DNA of 63,999 nt, filler included, from Porpidia crustulata (GCA_964255105.1; 14 parts of 14 records of this genome joined end to end with filler, not necessarily neighbours in it), one strand, 5' to 3'. Counted from the first letter of the whole stretch, positions 11,822-28,172 are shown. The notes: generated by a model from the letters alone, not told the origin. Program-made: numbers and translations.

Positions 11822-13785
11822 ATGCCCACTTTTATGAACCCGTTCCAGAAGCACGATGTCAGTGACTTTCCCGGAGTATATGTGCCACTCCACCAATCCC
11901 AACGAAATGCTTCGGTCGTAGCCGATCACGATAAGAAGATCAAAAATGCCGAAACAGGCATCGAACCAGGCCATGATTTCAGTGCCTACACTATCGAAGG
12001 GCTTCGGGCTGAAATTGATCTTGGTATGCTCTGCAAAGGGAGTGTGCGCGGGAGTAATTCTAAGCGTTTCTACTAGATCTTGCTGCTTCTGGGCATGACA
12101 CTGCTTATGATCGTACGTGACTTGGATTTCTCTGCATAGACCAGTCTGCAAAGGCATTCGGTGCATTTAAAAGGATTATTCTTACTGTCTTAAGGCAAAT
12201 CAAAGGTGATCAACAAGGCCATACAAGACATTGGAATGGGCTCGTACCAATGGCAACTTTTCGTTCTTTGCGGATTCGGATGGCTCGCAGACAAGTAGGT
12301 GTATCCAAGTTCGATGATCGAGGAAAATGAATTAAGCTGATTGCCCATTTTCTCAGCATGTGGCTTCAGGTAAGCGCTCGATGATTGAAATTCTTCAACT
12401 GTAAATGCCTAATGCTAAAAAAGGCTGTTGCGCTTACACTGCCGAGCATAACCCTCGAGTTTGGCCCATCTTCTACCCAAGTGCGGTACACGACATGCTC
12501 CTTGTTCATTGGACTATGTCTCGGATCTTCCTTCTGGGGCATTGGATCCGATATTTTCGGTCGACGACTTGCGTTCAACACGACATTATTCCTCGCCGGT
12601 GTGTTCGGTCTTGCCGCAGGAGGAGGCCCCAATTGGATTGGAACTTGTGGGCTTTACGCAGCATTGGGCGTTGGAGTTGGGGGAAAGTATGTTTGGAGAT
12701 GATCTTTTTAAAATTCGCCCTGTTAACGCATGCCCAGTCTCCCGGTTGACGGCGCACTATTCCTGGAGTTCCTACCTTTCGCATCGGGAGGACTCCTGAC
12801 CTTACTTTCTGTTTGGTGGCCTGTTGGACAATTGATTGGCTCTCTCAGTCAGTGGCTCGGTATGGTTCAAAACATGAGGTAGCTAATTGTACTCTAGTCG
12901 CTTGGGGCTTCATCCCAAATTACTCCTGCGATCCGACACTGTTGTCATGTAACGTATCGCCTCCAGGTCAGCCATGCTGCCACAGCGCGGACAATAAAGG
13001 ATGGAGATATGTCATTCTTACGATCGGCGCGATAACCTTCATGATGTTCATCGCACGCTTCTTCTTCTTCCATCTTTTCGAGTCTCCCAAATTCCTACTT
13101 TCCAGGGGTCGCCAAGCAGAGGCTGTGGCCACGGTCCACGGTATCGCCTATAAAAATAAGCGCACTACGTGGTTGACAGAAGAGATTTTGAACGAGATAG
13201 GCGGAGACGTCATCAAAGCTAGTGACCTCAAGCTCTCCTATGCTGAAGTCTTCAGAAGGTTTTTCAGCAAGTTTTCCGGTGATCGGATTGCACCTCTATT
13301 TGCGACCAGGAGATTAGGGCTTATGAGTATGTACAATTTCCTATTATCCTGGCACTGAAACACCGCACAACATATTATACGATACTGTTGCTTTTATAGA
13401 AAGCTGACACCGGAAAAGCATGTCTCATCTGGTTCTGCTGGGCTACCATCGGTATGGGCTACCCTCTTTTCAATGCCTTCCTTCCGCAGTATCTGCAGAA
13501 TGCCGGCAAACACCAGGCGCCCACGCCCACCAACATTGTGTATCGCAACTACGCCATCGCATCAATCATTGGCGTACCTGGATCAATCATCGGCTACTAC
13601 ACCGTCGACCTCAAGTACATAGGCCGCAAGTACACCATAGCCATCTCGACCCTATTAACCGGGATCATCTTATTCCTGTTCACCTTGAGCTCGGCCTCGA
13701 ACTTCCAGCTCGCCATGACCTGTCTCGAAGCCTTTTTCCAAAAGTAAGTCTCCCCCCCCCAACCTCCCCCAGCCACGACCACATC
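11822..13785 (+). CDS. MFS transporter (SV2-like/sugar porter clan), 3' truncated
   Basis: Multi-exon model: KSKVINKAIQDIGMGSYQWQLFVLCGFGWLADNMWLQ, GSDIFGRRLAFN (MFS motif A), LPVDGALFLEFLP, GWRY, FESPKFLL, GYPLFNAFLPQY. Ends inside an intron (GTAAGT at 13744). Confidence 0.93.
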
Positions 13786-13885
13786 NNNNNNNNNNNNNNN
13801 NNNNNNNNNNNNNNNNNNNNNNNNNNNNNTTAATTAATTAANNNNNNNNNNNNNNNNNNNNNNNNNNNNNNNNNNNNNNNNNNNN

Positions 13886-16323
<2,438 letters not shown>

Positions 16324-16414
16324 CTTGATGACAAAAACCTATGCAATTGTAGGAAGGGGTTCGAGTTTATGATGCCAATATTCAGAGGTCTGATAAAACG
16401 AATAGTGAGGTTGG

Positions 16415-16444
16415 ACGCGATGGACTACGCGATTCAGCGCGTAA
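16415..16444. promoter_or_regulatory. Cluster of three MCB-like (ACGCG core) cell-cycle boxes upstream of MCM3
   Basis: ACGCGA 16415, ACGCGA 16427, CGCGT 16438, about 90-120 bp upstream of the MCM3 ATG. MBF-type sites are typical of fungal replication genes. Confidence 0.55.
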
Positions 16445-16781
16445 AGTGGTTACAGTAAATATCACGCTAATAGATAAGATATCACTAGGACGCTAGTCGG
16501 GTTAAAGCGCAACTTTTGATAATCAATTGAGACTAAAACCTCAAATAGACATGTTTTAACAATTTGAACCATGACGATAATTCTACGTAGTAGTCAGTAG
16601 CACTGTTGCTGGACTACGTGTTCCCTCCTCTCGAGCTCTGGATGCTCTGGTCCAAGTTGACCCTGCGCCTTGGATTACAGTTCCCCTCCACGGGCAGATC
16701 ACCCAATCGCTTGGATCATTTCGCATCCACCAACGAGAGCAGCAACCCGTACAATTAATTGCACAAACGTAGTTTCTCAAT

Positions 16782-17442
16782 ATGGCCGTCAAGCGGAAAC
16801 TTAGCGGCGCAGATCCCGACGCTGAGGCACATGATCCGTCGAAGAAGCGAAAGAAAGGCTTTTCTGTTGGACCAGCGAACCTACCTGATGGGACTTACAG
16901 GCGCAAAGGTTCATCACACCGAGAAAATTGAGGGGACATCGACTGACCTTGAGTCAGTCCAGAAAATAAAGAGTAATCTGATCCGCAAAGCAAAGGTCAA
17001 GAAATCCTACGCCAAGCTGAAGGAGCGAGAATTTGGCGACGACGCAAAAGTCTCCACTACAGCTCCCCCAAATGAGGGTCTGGAACTCGTAACCCTAGAC
17101 CTCCATCCCGAGAGACAAGCAATGCTAGAAGAACCAGAGGTCACGCCACAGCCAAAGCCTTCGGAGAAATTCGGCACGCAGCGACAACGCAAGCCCAAAC
17201 GTCCCAAATCCATGCCCTTCGAAAGAGAAGCCCGTCTAGCCCAACAGCGTAGAGAAGAAGCCGAAAAGAGGCGAAGAGCTTTCGAGGATAGTCAAGCGCA
17301 GCGGCAGAAGAAAATCGAGGAACGAGAGCGGTTCCGAAGGGCCATGGCCAAAGCGAGGACCCGGGGGAAGAATGGTCAAAGGAAGCTCGGTCGCGAAAGC
17401 AAGGTTCTGCTGGAGAAGGTGCAGAGAGTGATGAGTGAGTAA
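16782..17442 (+). CDS. FYV7: rRNA-processing protein Fyv7-like
   Basis: ATG 16782, intron 16909-16957. MAVKRK...[39 protein letters not shown]...[16 protein letters not shown]; basic coiled-coil. The ORF track start is in the wrong frame for exon 1. Confidence 0.7.
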
Positions 17443-18212
17443 AGTTGATGCGGAATTCGGAATTGAAAGGGCAGGGTAGGGCGTTCTGTGCCAGGAGAAG
17501 ACTACTATCACTTCGGTCACCTAGATCACGATCAAGCACTTTGGCTGAGCTTACGAAAAGACGCTCACGCCATCTCGAGAATACGTTTCTTCAAAACAGA
17601 GCTTTGACCACTCCCATCGCCACCGCTATTCTGACGCTAACATCTCCGGAAAGACTCCGTCCCTCTCAACTCTGTCCGAGCTCCTGCATCCTTTCAAGCA
17701 GGCCCAGACAACGCCCTCCAACACGGTCATCTGCACCCGATCAAGCTCATCGAATCAACACCCGCTAGCCCCAGTAAATACACGCCAAAATATACCACGC
17801 CGACATGGCCGTTAGCACACTTTTTCCCAAGCACCTTCGATCATGCGAGCGGCTATCGGCTGCATGACCTGTCATGTTTCACAATTTCGCGATTGGAAAG
17901 GCATAATCCCGCAGTCCCATGGTCATATTTACCGCAAGGACCAAGGGCTTCCGTGCTTTGCCGGTTGGTCGGTCGCATGGAGATGCCGGTAGAAGACCTG
18001 CGCCCTGGTTTTGGTAAAGCTGGACGGATGCGTTACGGTACTTTTGTCACTCTGGGCTCCGTATGGTATTCGGTTTAATCCAGCATATCCTCGTCAAAAG
18101 GAACGAAAAAAAACCTGGTCTTGTCGTTATGTTTGTTGCTGTGGAAGGTTTTGCAAGCTATCCTCACTGCTGGAATATTCCTACCTTTTCTCCATCCATT
18201 CGACTACCTACT

Positions 18213-18289
18213 TACCATCCCTCTAACATCCTTTTACCATCCATGTACCATCCCTCTGCCATCCTTTTACCATTCCTCTATCATCCTCA
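18213..18289 (+). repeat. 11-bp minisatellite (~7 units, TACCATCCYTY-like) with 33-bp higher order
   Basis: TACCATCCCTC TAACATCCTTT TACCATCCATG TACCATCCCTC TGCCATCCTTT TACCATTCCTC TATCATCCTCA. Confidence 0.8.
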
Positions 18290-18723
18290 TCACCCTTATC
18301 TCCTTTTCCCTCACCACCCTCCACCTTCCACCCCACAACAAATACAACATCCTAGCTTTCCTTTACTTCAAAACATTGGAGTACATCTTGTGATGGATTA
18401 TGGTATTCNNNNNNNNNNNNNNNNNNNNNNNNNNNNNNNNNNNNNNNNNNNNTTAATTAATTAANNNNNNNNNNNNNNNNNNNNNNNNNNNNNNNNNNNN
18501 NNNNNNNNGAGAGGGTTTTGGGTGCTGATGATATCGTCAGAGGTTCTAGCGGGCGACGGCGACTATCGGGAGGTACTGCGCAACAAATTGGAGACTATGA
18601 ATAATGCGGAAAGCTAGTGATATCTTCTGTATTCTAGGGTGCTATGACTGGAACTCAAGTGTTTGATCCAGACTCTTGAGTGCACGCAAATATCGACATA
18701 GGCGGCAACGATTGTCGACTATC

Positions 18724-20961
18724 TCAGGGGGTTTTTGTCCCTTCCATGGAGATCCCAGTTAGTCCCCCTGCCAAACTCTTCATCCTGCGTCCCAACAGAT
18801 CCTCCTCGCTAGCTAAACTAACCATGCTTCTACTCCGCTGAGCAGAAGTACGCCGCATTCGTGCCGTCTTGGTTCGACCTCTTGCCGAGTGCCGCCCAGC
18901 TTTCCCGTTTTCTTTTACATTGCTTGAACTCATTTCCAGCGGATTATCCTCATCGCCAGAGCTCTCGGTTGGCAGACGACGATGATGGCGATTGTGTTTC
19001 AGAGCGTCGCTTAGATTTAATACCGTAGAGCCGTTACGATGCACCGTCGGACTGTCTGGTGGATAATTTGTGTCAAAGATTTCCTCGATCCACCTTGCAC
19101 AGCGAAAAAGATGTTTCCAGCCCTCTGGAAACACGGAGACAAACTGCAGAAAGCCATGGGAGATGCCTGGTATAAGCGTAACTTCGACGTGGTCTTTCTC
19201 GTCAAATTCATCTTTATTCTTGAGAATGCCCAACTCTTTTTTCTGGACAAACTCGTTGTACTTGGCTTGTCTCAAGCGGCCAGCAAAGATGATAGTATCA
19301 TCTACAAGCGGATCTCGTTCACCCGTTAGGAAGTATGTCTTCGGGAACCTAGCAAGTAAAGCTTCGGGAGCTAATAATGGTGAAAGTAGAAAGTCGGTGC
19401 TAAAGTCGGGACGGTTGTGGGGGCCTATGTAGAGGATGATCATTGCACGCATCATCTCAGGAGTAAGAATACGATCATTGAAGTAAGATATCATTGACGA
19501 CATGGCCAGGCGAGTCTTCAGCTTCTTTGGCTTTGATGAGGCAAGGCTAGCTGTCTGGAGCGCTACGGTAGACGTAGGAATAGGCATTGGCTTTTCTGGA
19601 CTGGGTGCTTTCACCTGATCCGCGGTCATGGCTCCGAATGCATTCGCCTTTGCTTCTTCTGGTGTGGTCTTGGACACGAGAAATGTCTCCTCTTCGCCAT
19701 CCGATGGGTGGGGCGTGTCAGGCGTGAGTTGATAGTAGTCCTGACTCTTTCTTCGTAGAATATTCTTGTTGGTCTTACGGGTCCGGTTGTCTTGAATAAG
19801 CGACATTTGCTCGTCCGTCATCCAGTTCCCAATATTCATATCTAGACCTGGGTAAATTAGGATTAGACCTTCTGGAATCGGAAGAGTCTCTTGATCCAGC
19901 CGTCGCTGGGAATCATAGTTGGCAGATTGTAGAATCATGAGAACAACCCCAGTAGCGAGATTACCTCCGGCACTATCGCCAGTCATTATGACGTGTGGTG
20001 GCGAGCTTCCAGCTAGACCAATACATCGTCCTTGGGTAGCTATGAGCGTATGGTATACATCATAGCACTCGTTAAGCGCATATGGATATGGATATTCGGG
20101 AGCTTTCTTATAATCCAAACTCAGGATTGGCAGTCCGGTCTTACCAGCCCACGCGAGAAGCTTATCATCATGATGTCTTGGACTCATAGCCACGTAGCCG
20201 CCTCCAGGAATATCCAAAACAATCTTGGTATGATTTCGCAATGCTGATAATGGCCCGTCGAAATACAACCATGCATTGACAGACTCTTTATATGATGATT
20301 CGGTAGGTCTGGGGATGCGTATAGCTCGAGGCGGATAACGCGTAAGCTTCGGTCTCAGCAAGTTTGTCAAAAGCGATAGGTAAGGAGTGGTTCCCTTATT
20401 CCACGAAATTCTCAGATGGTCGACGGTAAGCATCCCCCGAACCTTCCGGACTTTTTCATCTGCTTGCTCTGCAGCAATGAGATAGTGTGCAGTGAAAATG
20501 ACCGATGCCAAATCACGTAACCATTTCCTCCGAATCTTCATCGCCGTCCAAAAGCCGGCGTCTAAAGCGGTCATTACCCATGTTGCTCGAAAGTATGATC
20601 TAGTGTATAGATTTGCGAGTGGTTCAGCGCTCTCCAGTCCAAACAACTTCGCAAAGTTTCGAGACAGGTATAGCCAGAGAAGTGTGATGACCAAGGTTTG
20701 CCAAGCAGTGAGTCGCTTTGATAGGCGCCTGGACAGCCTTCTTAGGATTGGAGGGCCATTCTTGTTACCGCTGTATGATATTAGCATTCATACCCAAGAG
20801 CGACATAATCAAGATCTGACCGTATGAGATATAAGGACCAGAATGAAACGACTGCAAACACCTGTATCTTCCTGAATTTAGTAGAGGGTCGACCTAAGAC
20901 GTGATCTAAATCGATGTATTAGAAATTGGGTTAGGGCGAGAGAAAGTGACTTACCTATCAT
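18724..20961 (-). CDS. Hormone-sensitive-lipase-like alpha/beta hydrolase
   Basis: 7-nt first exon ATGATAG|GTAAGT, then DHVLGRPSTKFRKIQV; PGGGY oxyanion region, DYKKAPEYPYP, GDSAGG nucleophile, DPLVDD, HGF. Confidence 0.92.
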
Positions 20962-22573
20962 CTTTGAGGGTGAGATGACTCTTGCAAGCAGGCCAGCTTG
21001 CAGCCGTCTTTGACTCTGGAGATGGAGGAACGTCGATGTAAGGATTGAAACACAGGGCGTTGAGTTATCAGCCGTAGTCCAGCATTGCCATTAGCGGGAT
21101 GGAAGCTCTTCTCACGGATGAGAAAAGCTTGCATAAGATATAGAGAATGAATAAGAAATAATGGGAGGAGCGTGACTCGCGAATGACATAAAGACGTGGA
21201 ATGGATGAAGGGTGAGGTAGGGAATAATAAGCACACGCGCTTCATACTCGGGATTTGCATGTGACAGCTGGAGCGGATTCGGCAGTTCCGGACTGCGGAC
21301 ATTGTCCCGTGACCAACCACAGACTCGTTCCACCCACTCGAATGAGACCGAGTATTCAGCTGTCTTTCTCAATCCCGACAACTCAATGACTTCAGTGAGT
21401 CGGCTATCACAAGGCTACCTGACCTGCCACCTATCAGGCTTCCACGGCGATGGTAACAATTCGTCCTACTCATTCTCGATGTTATCACTTTCACAGAGCT
21501 CCAAAGGAAGAAACGAGTGTCGCAAGAACTAGGCGACTGTGCTACAAAGCCAGTGCGCTTTTATCCCATTCACAATGTGGTGGCAATGATTTCTTGTGCC
21601 GTTTGGGAGCAATGGTCTCATACTCTATGATCTTAATATCCGAATATCGAATGATATTACTGCTTGATGATCTATCCAACATGATTTCGAGCTCTCTCTC
21701 TCTTAGAACGCGATACAGGCAATCTCTCTCATACTTTTCAACTCATCCTCCGAGCGCTCACGCCTACGGATGAATGCTCCCACTTTTTTATATATCTAGA
21801 AAGCATTTTCGCGGTGGAACGATAGAAAACTAAAGACCGGTTCCTCGAGAAAAAAGCTTGAAGTGCTTTCTTTATTGGGGAGTATGTTCTGCTATTTCTT
21901 TCTCCTTCTACACACCTCATTTCGAGATCTAACCCCACGAAAGCAAGATCAATTTCACACCAAAGAATAGCGAGAAAACATGAAAGGAAGACAAGTAAGT
22001 GTGAGACCAGAAACTAGGAGAGTGTCGAATCCGCCACCATCATCCTTGGAAATTGTATGCTCCATGCACCAAATTCTCTTACTGTTTCTATACAAAGATT
22101 TCGGATCACATCGGTTCAGTTGACGATCTGAGACTACAGCTCAAATATATCCACACCATGATATCCTTCAGCAATCCGACGAATCCGGATCAGATCTTCA
22201 GTTAGCATGGGCTTGAGTCCTTACTTTCTGACAATTCACGTCAATCTTCTGACATTGCATCTTCATGATCTGATAGGCCGAATTGAGCACCACGTGACTT
22301 CAAGTACCTCGGCCGATCCACGATCTCGACCCAGTACGTCATTGATGTGGGGCTCTGAACATCTATACCAATCATAGTGGGGTATGTAAGGCAAGTGAGA
22401 AAATAATCTCGTTTGGCTTTGTAATCCATACATTCATCGGAAGAATCCTTTCGTCAATTCAGACTCCAAAATCCGTTCGCCATTACATATAAGGACGACA
22501 GTCTCTTCTTAAAATACCATATTCAAAATAAACTTACACACAGTCCCTCCATTCAATCCAATTAACTTCGATC

Positions 22574-23028
22574 ATGTCCCAACCAAAAGTTCTCTTTGTA
22601 CTGACCTCACGGTCTAAGATGGACAACGGCGATCCCACTGGATGGTACTTGGTATGGCTCTCTTCAATACCTCTATACTCCATTACCCCTATCCACAGCA
22701 GACGTCATACTAAATATCATGATTTCCAGCCCGAGTTCGCCCATCCGTACTACATTCTCGAAAACAAGACTCAAATCACCGTCGCCTCCCCCTTAGGCGG
22801 CGAAGCTCCCTTAGACCAAGGCTCTGCCAAAGCATTTGAAATGGACGAGCAAAGCACCAAATTTCTCAAAGAAAAGGAATCTCTATGGATGAACACCGAG
22901 AAGCTCTCAAACTTCATCGGTAAAGCCAAAGACTTTGACGTCATCTTCTTCGTCGGCGGTCACGGCCGTAAGTCACACCACCCACTTTCAAAACCCGCCC
23001 ACTTAACTAACCCCCCAAACCATAGCAA
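22574..23028 (+). CDS. DJ-1/PfpI family Hsp31-like glyoxalase III, 3' truncated
   Basis: KVLFVLTS...TGWYL|PEFAHPY...VASPLGGEAPLD...FDVIFFVGGHG, with two GT-AG introns (~22652-22729, 22968-23025). Confidence 0.9.
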
Positions 23029-23129
23029 NNNNNNNNNNNNNNNNNNNNNNNNNNNNNNNNNNNNNNNNNNNNTTAATTAATTAANNNNNNNNNNNNNNNN
23101 NNNNNNNNNNNNNNNNNNNNNNNNNNNNG

Positions 23130-23216
23130 GCATGGGCGGCGACGATCCTAATGGTGGTGGCGGCCGGGACGTGGGTGATTGCGTCGGTGGTGGGAAGGAG
23201 GAGGGCCAGGGTGTAG
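23130..23216 (+). CDS. 3' end of a membrane protein (possibly SUR7/PalI family)
   Basis: AWAATILMVVAAGTWVIASVVGRRRARV*: a final TM helix plus basic tail at the contig start. Confidence 0.45.
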   Translation, partial: AWAATILMVVAAGTWVIASVVGRRRARV

Positions 23217-24251
23217 GTTTCTTGATTCGATGGCGATGGTAGGATAGCAATACTTAATACTTGCGGAAACGGCTTTTTTCAGGATAGATGGATGAATTGA
23301 TATATTATTGTAAACTAAATTTGACCGTGCTGCGTGATTCGATGCTCGGAATTTTCGTTCAAACTATGATTGTGCTATAGTATCTGTGGGAGGCTATGCG
23401 GTAACATTTAATATTTAGATGAACAATTATAGGTAGTACTATACACACTAGGGCTTGCGGCGAAGCTTCTCATGTTAAATCAGAGCGGATCTGGGCACGC
23501 TAGTCTTGGAGTTCCATGATGATATCTTCGACTTCGCTTCAACACCAGTCTTGATCCAATTTTTACAATTCATTTTTAGAAATACAGCAGAGATTTCATG
23601 AGAGGTCAAATTCCTGACTCCCATTATCCGGAATAAGAAGAAGAAAGATGGCTCCAGTCAAGAAACCATCGCCCCCGTCTCCCATTTTAATCCTCTCACA
23701 GATCCGGCGCTCCATTTCGCAGTCTCCGCCTCCAGAGTGCCAGACTGCCAGACATTGAGAACATGCGCGCTCTGTTTGACGTGATTGTTATAGCTGACCA
23801 TGCTGACAAGATTTCGATTGCTCCAGTGATCGAGGCTGGTCACAAACCTTTTACTCTACTGGTCATCCTCATCTCCCCGGACTCGTTTGCCCTAATTAAC
23901 CTGTATTGTCGTGAAATATTGGAGTCTTTCTGGGCTGAATGGAGCACTTGAGGTTGAGCTCCTGGGGATTGAAAATAGGTGAATTCTAGGCGCTAAATTC
24001 GCCCAAAGCACCAATGGAGAAATAGCGGGGCTTTGTTCGTTTAAAAACTTCCGAGTGGCTGATTGCCAACCCCTCCACCCCACAACGCCTGATCTTTCAA
24101 CTCCTTCTAGCCCTCGCCCTCAAATCATCGCATTGCCATTCCACCGGAACGTAGTCGAACGAGAGGTCATCTATCAGACCGCTGATACCGGAATTCTACA
24201 TTCCAGGCTCTCACTCCAAAAAAGCTACCTCTAGCATCATTACTCGTCAAC

Positions 24252-25530
24252 ATGGGGAAAACCGCCGTTCACTTTGGTGGAGGAAATATTGGACGTGGTT
24301 TTGTTGGTGAGAAGCTGCACATATCTGGCTATGAGGTGTGATGTCGTTCAAAGAGGCAGCTTGGAGCTTCCTGACATGCCACATAGGTCGTATTTGTCGA
24401 TGTCATGGACAGCATAATCGAGCAGCTCCAGAAGACGAAGGAGTACACTGTGACTGAGATTGGTGGAGAGGGTGAAAAGGTCAACAAGATTTCCAATTAC
24501 CGAGCCATCAATTCCAAGACCCACGAGGCAGATGTGGTGGAAGAAATCGCAAAAGCCGAGATTGTAAGTATTACGTTGCATGCATAGAACCACGCTGTTG
24601 CTCAATGGCTATTTCCAGGTGACTTGTGCCGTTGGACCGAATATCCTCAAATTCATCGCCCCGGTCATTGGGAAGGGCATTGATAGCCGTACCACATCCA
24701 CACCACTCACCGTGATTGCGTGTGAGAATGCTATTGGGGCGACAGACACCCTCGCTAGCTTTATCAGAGACGCAAAGAATACTCCCGAAAATCGACTATC
24801 CTCCATCAGTGACCGCGCACGATTTGCTAATTCCGCTATTGACCGCATTGTGCCTGGCCAAAAGCCCGACGCAGGTCTCAATGTTGAGATTGAAGCCTTT
24901 TTTGAATGGGTCGTCGAGAAAGGTCCATTCGCTCCCCACTCGCCTCCAAACATCAGCGCGATCCATTGGGTTGACGAGCTAGAGCCTTACATCGAGCGTA
25001 AGCTCTTCACCGTCAATACTGGACACGCAACTGCAGCTTACTACGGCCACAACCGCAAGAAGCATACGATCGCCGACGCTTTGGAGGACAAAGAGATCAA
25101 TGCCATTGTGCGTGAAGCACTTGCTGAGACTTCTCACTTGATTGTGAATAAGCATGGGATCTCCCCCCAGGAACAGAAAGACTACGTGGAGAAAATTATC
25201 AAGCGTATTTCAAATCCCTATCTCAAAGACGTTGTCGAACGCGTGGGCCGAGCGCCCTTGCGGAAACTTTCTCGTAAGGAGCGCTTTGTTGGTCCAGCGC
25301 ATCATCTTGCACATCAGGGTGATAAGGTTAGCGCGCTGTTGGGAGCTATGGAGATGGCCTTCCGATTCCAAGATATTGAGGGAGATGATGAGAGTTTTGA
25401 GTTGACAAAGATCCTCAAGGCTAATGATGCCAAGGGTGTTGTGGAGAAGGTCTGTGGCCTTACTCCCCAAGATACCTTGTTCAACGAGGTTGTCAACGTG
25501 GTCGAGAAGGTACAAAAGGACATGAATTAG
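24252..25530 (+). CDS. mpdA: Mannitol-1-phosphate 5-dehydrogenase
   Basis: [15 protein letters not shown]ossmann motif, [48 protein letters not shown]; two short introns. Confidence 0.96.
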
Positions 25531-26320
25531 AATAAACAGGTAAGTTCTGCAACCTTAGTGAGAGGAATGGAGATTCGTAGCAAGTCAGGTAGACGCGGGG
25601 TATTCATTGCAGCTTGATGCTTTTCATAAACAATCATTCTCACGACGGAGTTGTTCCTTGGTTTTAGCTTTGCTACGAATTCTCCAAAAAGCATAACGAA
25701 ATAGACCATGAACATAACATAATCGCAGTCACTTGCAGGTCCACGTTCCATCGTGGCTTCATTTTTCGCCCCACGCTCATACCAGGTTGAGTGGATCGAG
25801 CAAGAGCTCACACTCGTTGGATAGCCACCAGCTATCTCAACGCGGTCGTCCCTTCCTGTATTTTCTAAACTTCACATGTTTCTCGTACAAATAAATCCAT
25901 TTTTCAAAGCACAATGTATCTTGCAACAACAATACTTATCCACACATATCAAGCCGCTGCTGCTTGGGCTCACTGTCAATTATACTCATATTTAGCCTTA
26001 GCTCAACTTCAATCTCAAGTTCTAAGCACACTTTCTCCATTCCCTTCGAGGCACACGACCCTCATCAACTATTATAGAAAGTGTTAATGCTTCACCACAT
26101 CTTGCTATCCATCTCAGGCTCTCGCCTCCCAACGCTCGTTTTGAACTTCAGACTCGCACGCGACAGCAGACTTGATCTTGTTGCAATTCCCGTTGCTTGT
26201 TGCGTCGTAGGCCACACATCATCGATTCCGAGTCCCTTTCATCCTTGGGCTAAGCTTGAGTAAATAGAAAAGCTGTCCAGAACATTTAACAAACTTTAGA
26301 GAAGCTCAGGGAGTAGAGAT

Positions 26321-27176
26321 ATGGATATGGACGGAGAAGAGATGGGACAAGAGCCCCAGGGCGTTCCTGCGACCGCGAAAGAGCCGGACCCTGGTTCAGG
26401 ACCGATAGCGGATCACTTTTTCGTACCAGATACTTGGACTTCCCTGCTTTCGAGCCCTCTCCATTGGATCAAATACAAGAGATTTGTGGCCGTGATGGTG
26501 CATCGAATCCGAGCAGAGGAGAGCAGTCCAGACGAAGTGCAGAAATTTGCGACGCTGCTAGGTACAAAGTGGTATTATGGGTTCATGAAGCCGGCCTTGC
26601 CGCTAATTCCGGAATTGATATACGAAATGCAAGTTTTTTTCCTAAGCAGGACTCTAGACCGCGCTAACGATCAGCAGTCCCCAAACCAACGGCAAAACGC
26701 AAATGAAGCTATTGGTGAAACTCCTCAGGAGTACATTTGAGAAATGGGCCGTGAAGTACCTGGTCGGGATGAGTGGGACCGGGCTACCAAATGGTCCCAC
26801 ACAGAAGTCGGTGACTAGACCTCTGAATATTCCACCCTCGGTCGGTGGTATCGCTCTTCAGCTCCATCATGCCAGGCAGCAAGTCGCGCAGCAGGAGGAT
26901 CCTCGTGAAGCAGTAGCAATCCCGCAAGTCGCCACGAACACCAACGGCGAAGTATTCCCCTACTCCGAAAGCGGAAGCCCCAACAAAGGCGCTATTCCCA
27001 TCAGTGAAAAACGAGAGATATTCCCGGAAGTCTTTGATTGGTTGGAAAATATCAAGACTAAAGAGTGGGAAGGTGTCAAGACCAACGAGTGGGGAAGTGT
27101 CAAGACCAACGAGTGGGAAAACGAGGGCCCTGATTTTGGATGCCATGAGGTGAGAGATGATCAAAATGGGCTATGA
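26321..27176 (+). CDS. Hypothetical protein (~269 aa) joined by a GC-AG intron
   Basis: ORFs 26321-26740 and 26703-27176 join in frame if 26629-26674 (GCAAGT...GCTAAC...CAG) is spliced. C-terminal 8-aa repeat KTxEWxxV x3. Confidence 0.55.
27055..27120 (+). repeat. 24-bp coding tandem repeat (~3 copies)
   Basis: AAGACYAAMGAGTGGGRAxGTGTC repeated; encodes KTKEWEGV/KTNEWGSV/KTNEWEN. Confidence 0.8.
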
Positions 27177-28172
27177 ATAAGGGTATAGTAAAGACGGTGG
27201 TTGGAACACGAAATGCTTCTTCACAGCATTAGGATGGCTGGGGATTGTTTCGAAAGGGTATCTAAGGAGTTACGAGATTTCTTGGAGCGGGGAGGATGAC
27301 GGTGGCCTTCAGGAGAAACATCTATTATTCTGATGGAGGATTTTAGGTGTCACAAAAAAGTCGGTAATGAGAACCGACAGGGCAATACGCGTATCTTACG
27401 GTCGATAAGCTCTAACTATCCATTCATGGTGTTCATAAAGACTATCGCCGTTGTTGTCATTGAGTGAACTAAATTGATAGGACGTCCCGAACGGGGAAAC
27501 GGCACTACCCCGGATTTCGCTTCACCGAGCCGAGGCATCCCCGCATAACAGCTTTTGAGCTTCTCGAGCTCCAACCTCACCTTTCACTCATCAGCAATCC
27601 GCTCCAACCATCCCCCAATCTCCATCCTTCTTCCCATCCNNNNNNNNNNNNNNNNNNNNNNNNNNNNNNNNNNNNNNNNNNNNTTAATTAATTAANNNNN
27701 NNNNNNNNNNNNNNNNNNNNNNNNNNNNNNNNNNNNNNNCAACAACAGCGACTTATCGATATAGCTAAATCGACTGAAACCTCTAGGCTCTTCTAATAAA
27801 CAGAAGGTTCGTAGCCAGCACCGCGTACAGGTGGGTTTCATCGCTGGCCGCCCGCGTGCCTGAGTCAACTTGCATTTACATTGCCTACGTGTAGCAGCTG
27901 TTCGCTGCTGATATAGGCGAATTGTATGAATTCAGGTATTGTCGTTATAACAACAGCATTAGGCCGTCAAAGTATATGTACAGAGTATAACGGAAACCTT
28001 AGCGTTAAATCAGATGACATCCTCAGTGAGGACAGCAGACTGTAATGCGCCAGCCTGCCTAGTTACGCTATAGTAGATATTCTTGGAGTATACCCAAAAG
28101 CTCTTTGAAACGCCACAGGGGTAATCGTTTTGCACTCCTGGGCCCTCACCCACAAGACCCACAGACGCCGTG

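Noticed and set aside
16759..16957. Apparent frameshift at the start of the FYV7-like ORF
   Set aside because: Explained by the ordinary 49-nt intron 16909-16957.
23508..23621. Possible box C/D snoRNA (ATGATGA 23516, CTGA 23614, GGAG/CTCC ends)
   Set aside because: K-turn spacing is off, there are no clear internal boxes, and rRNA complementarity is only ~8 nt, which is within chance.
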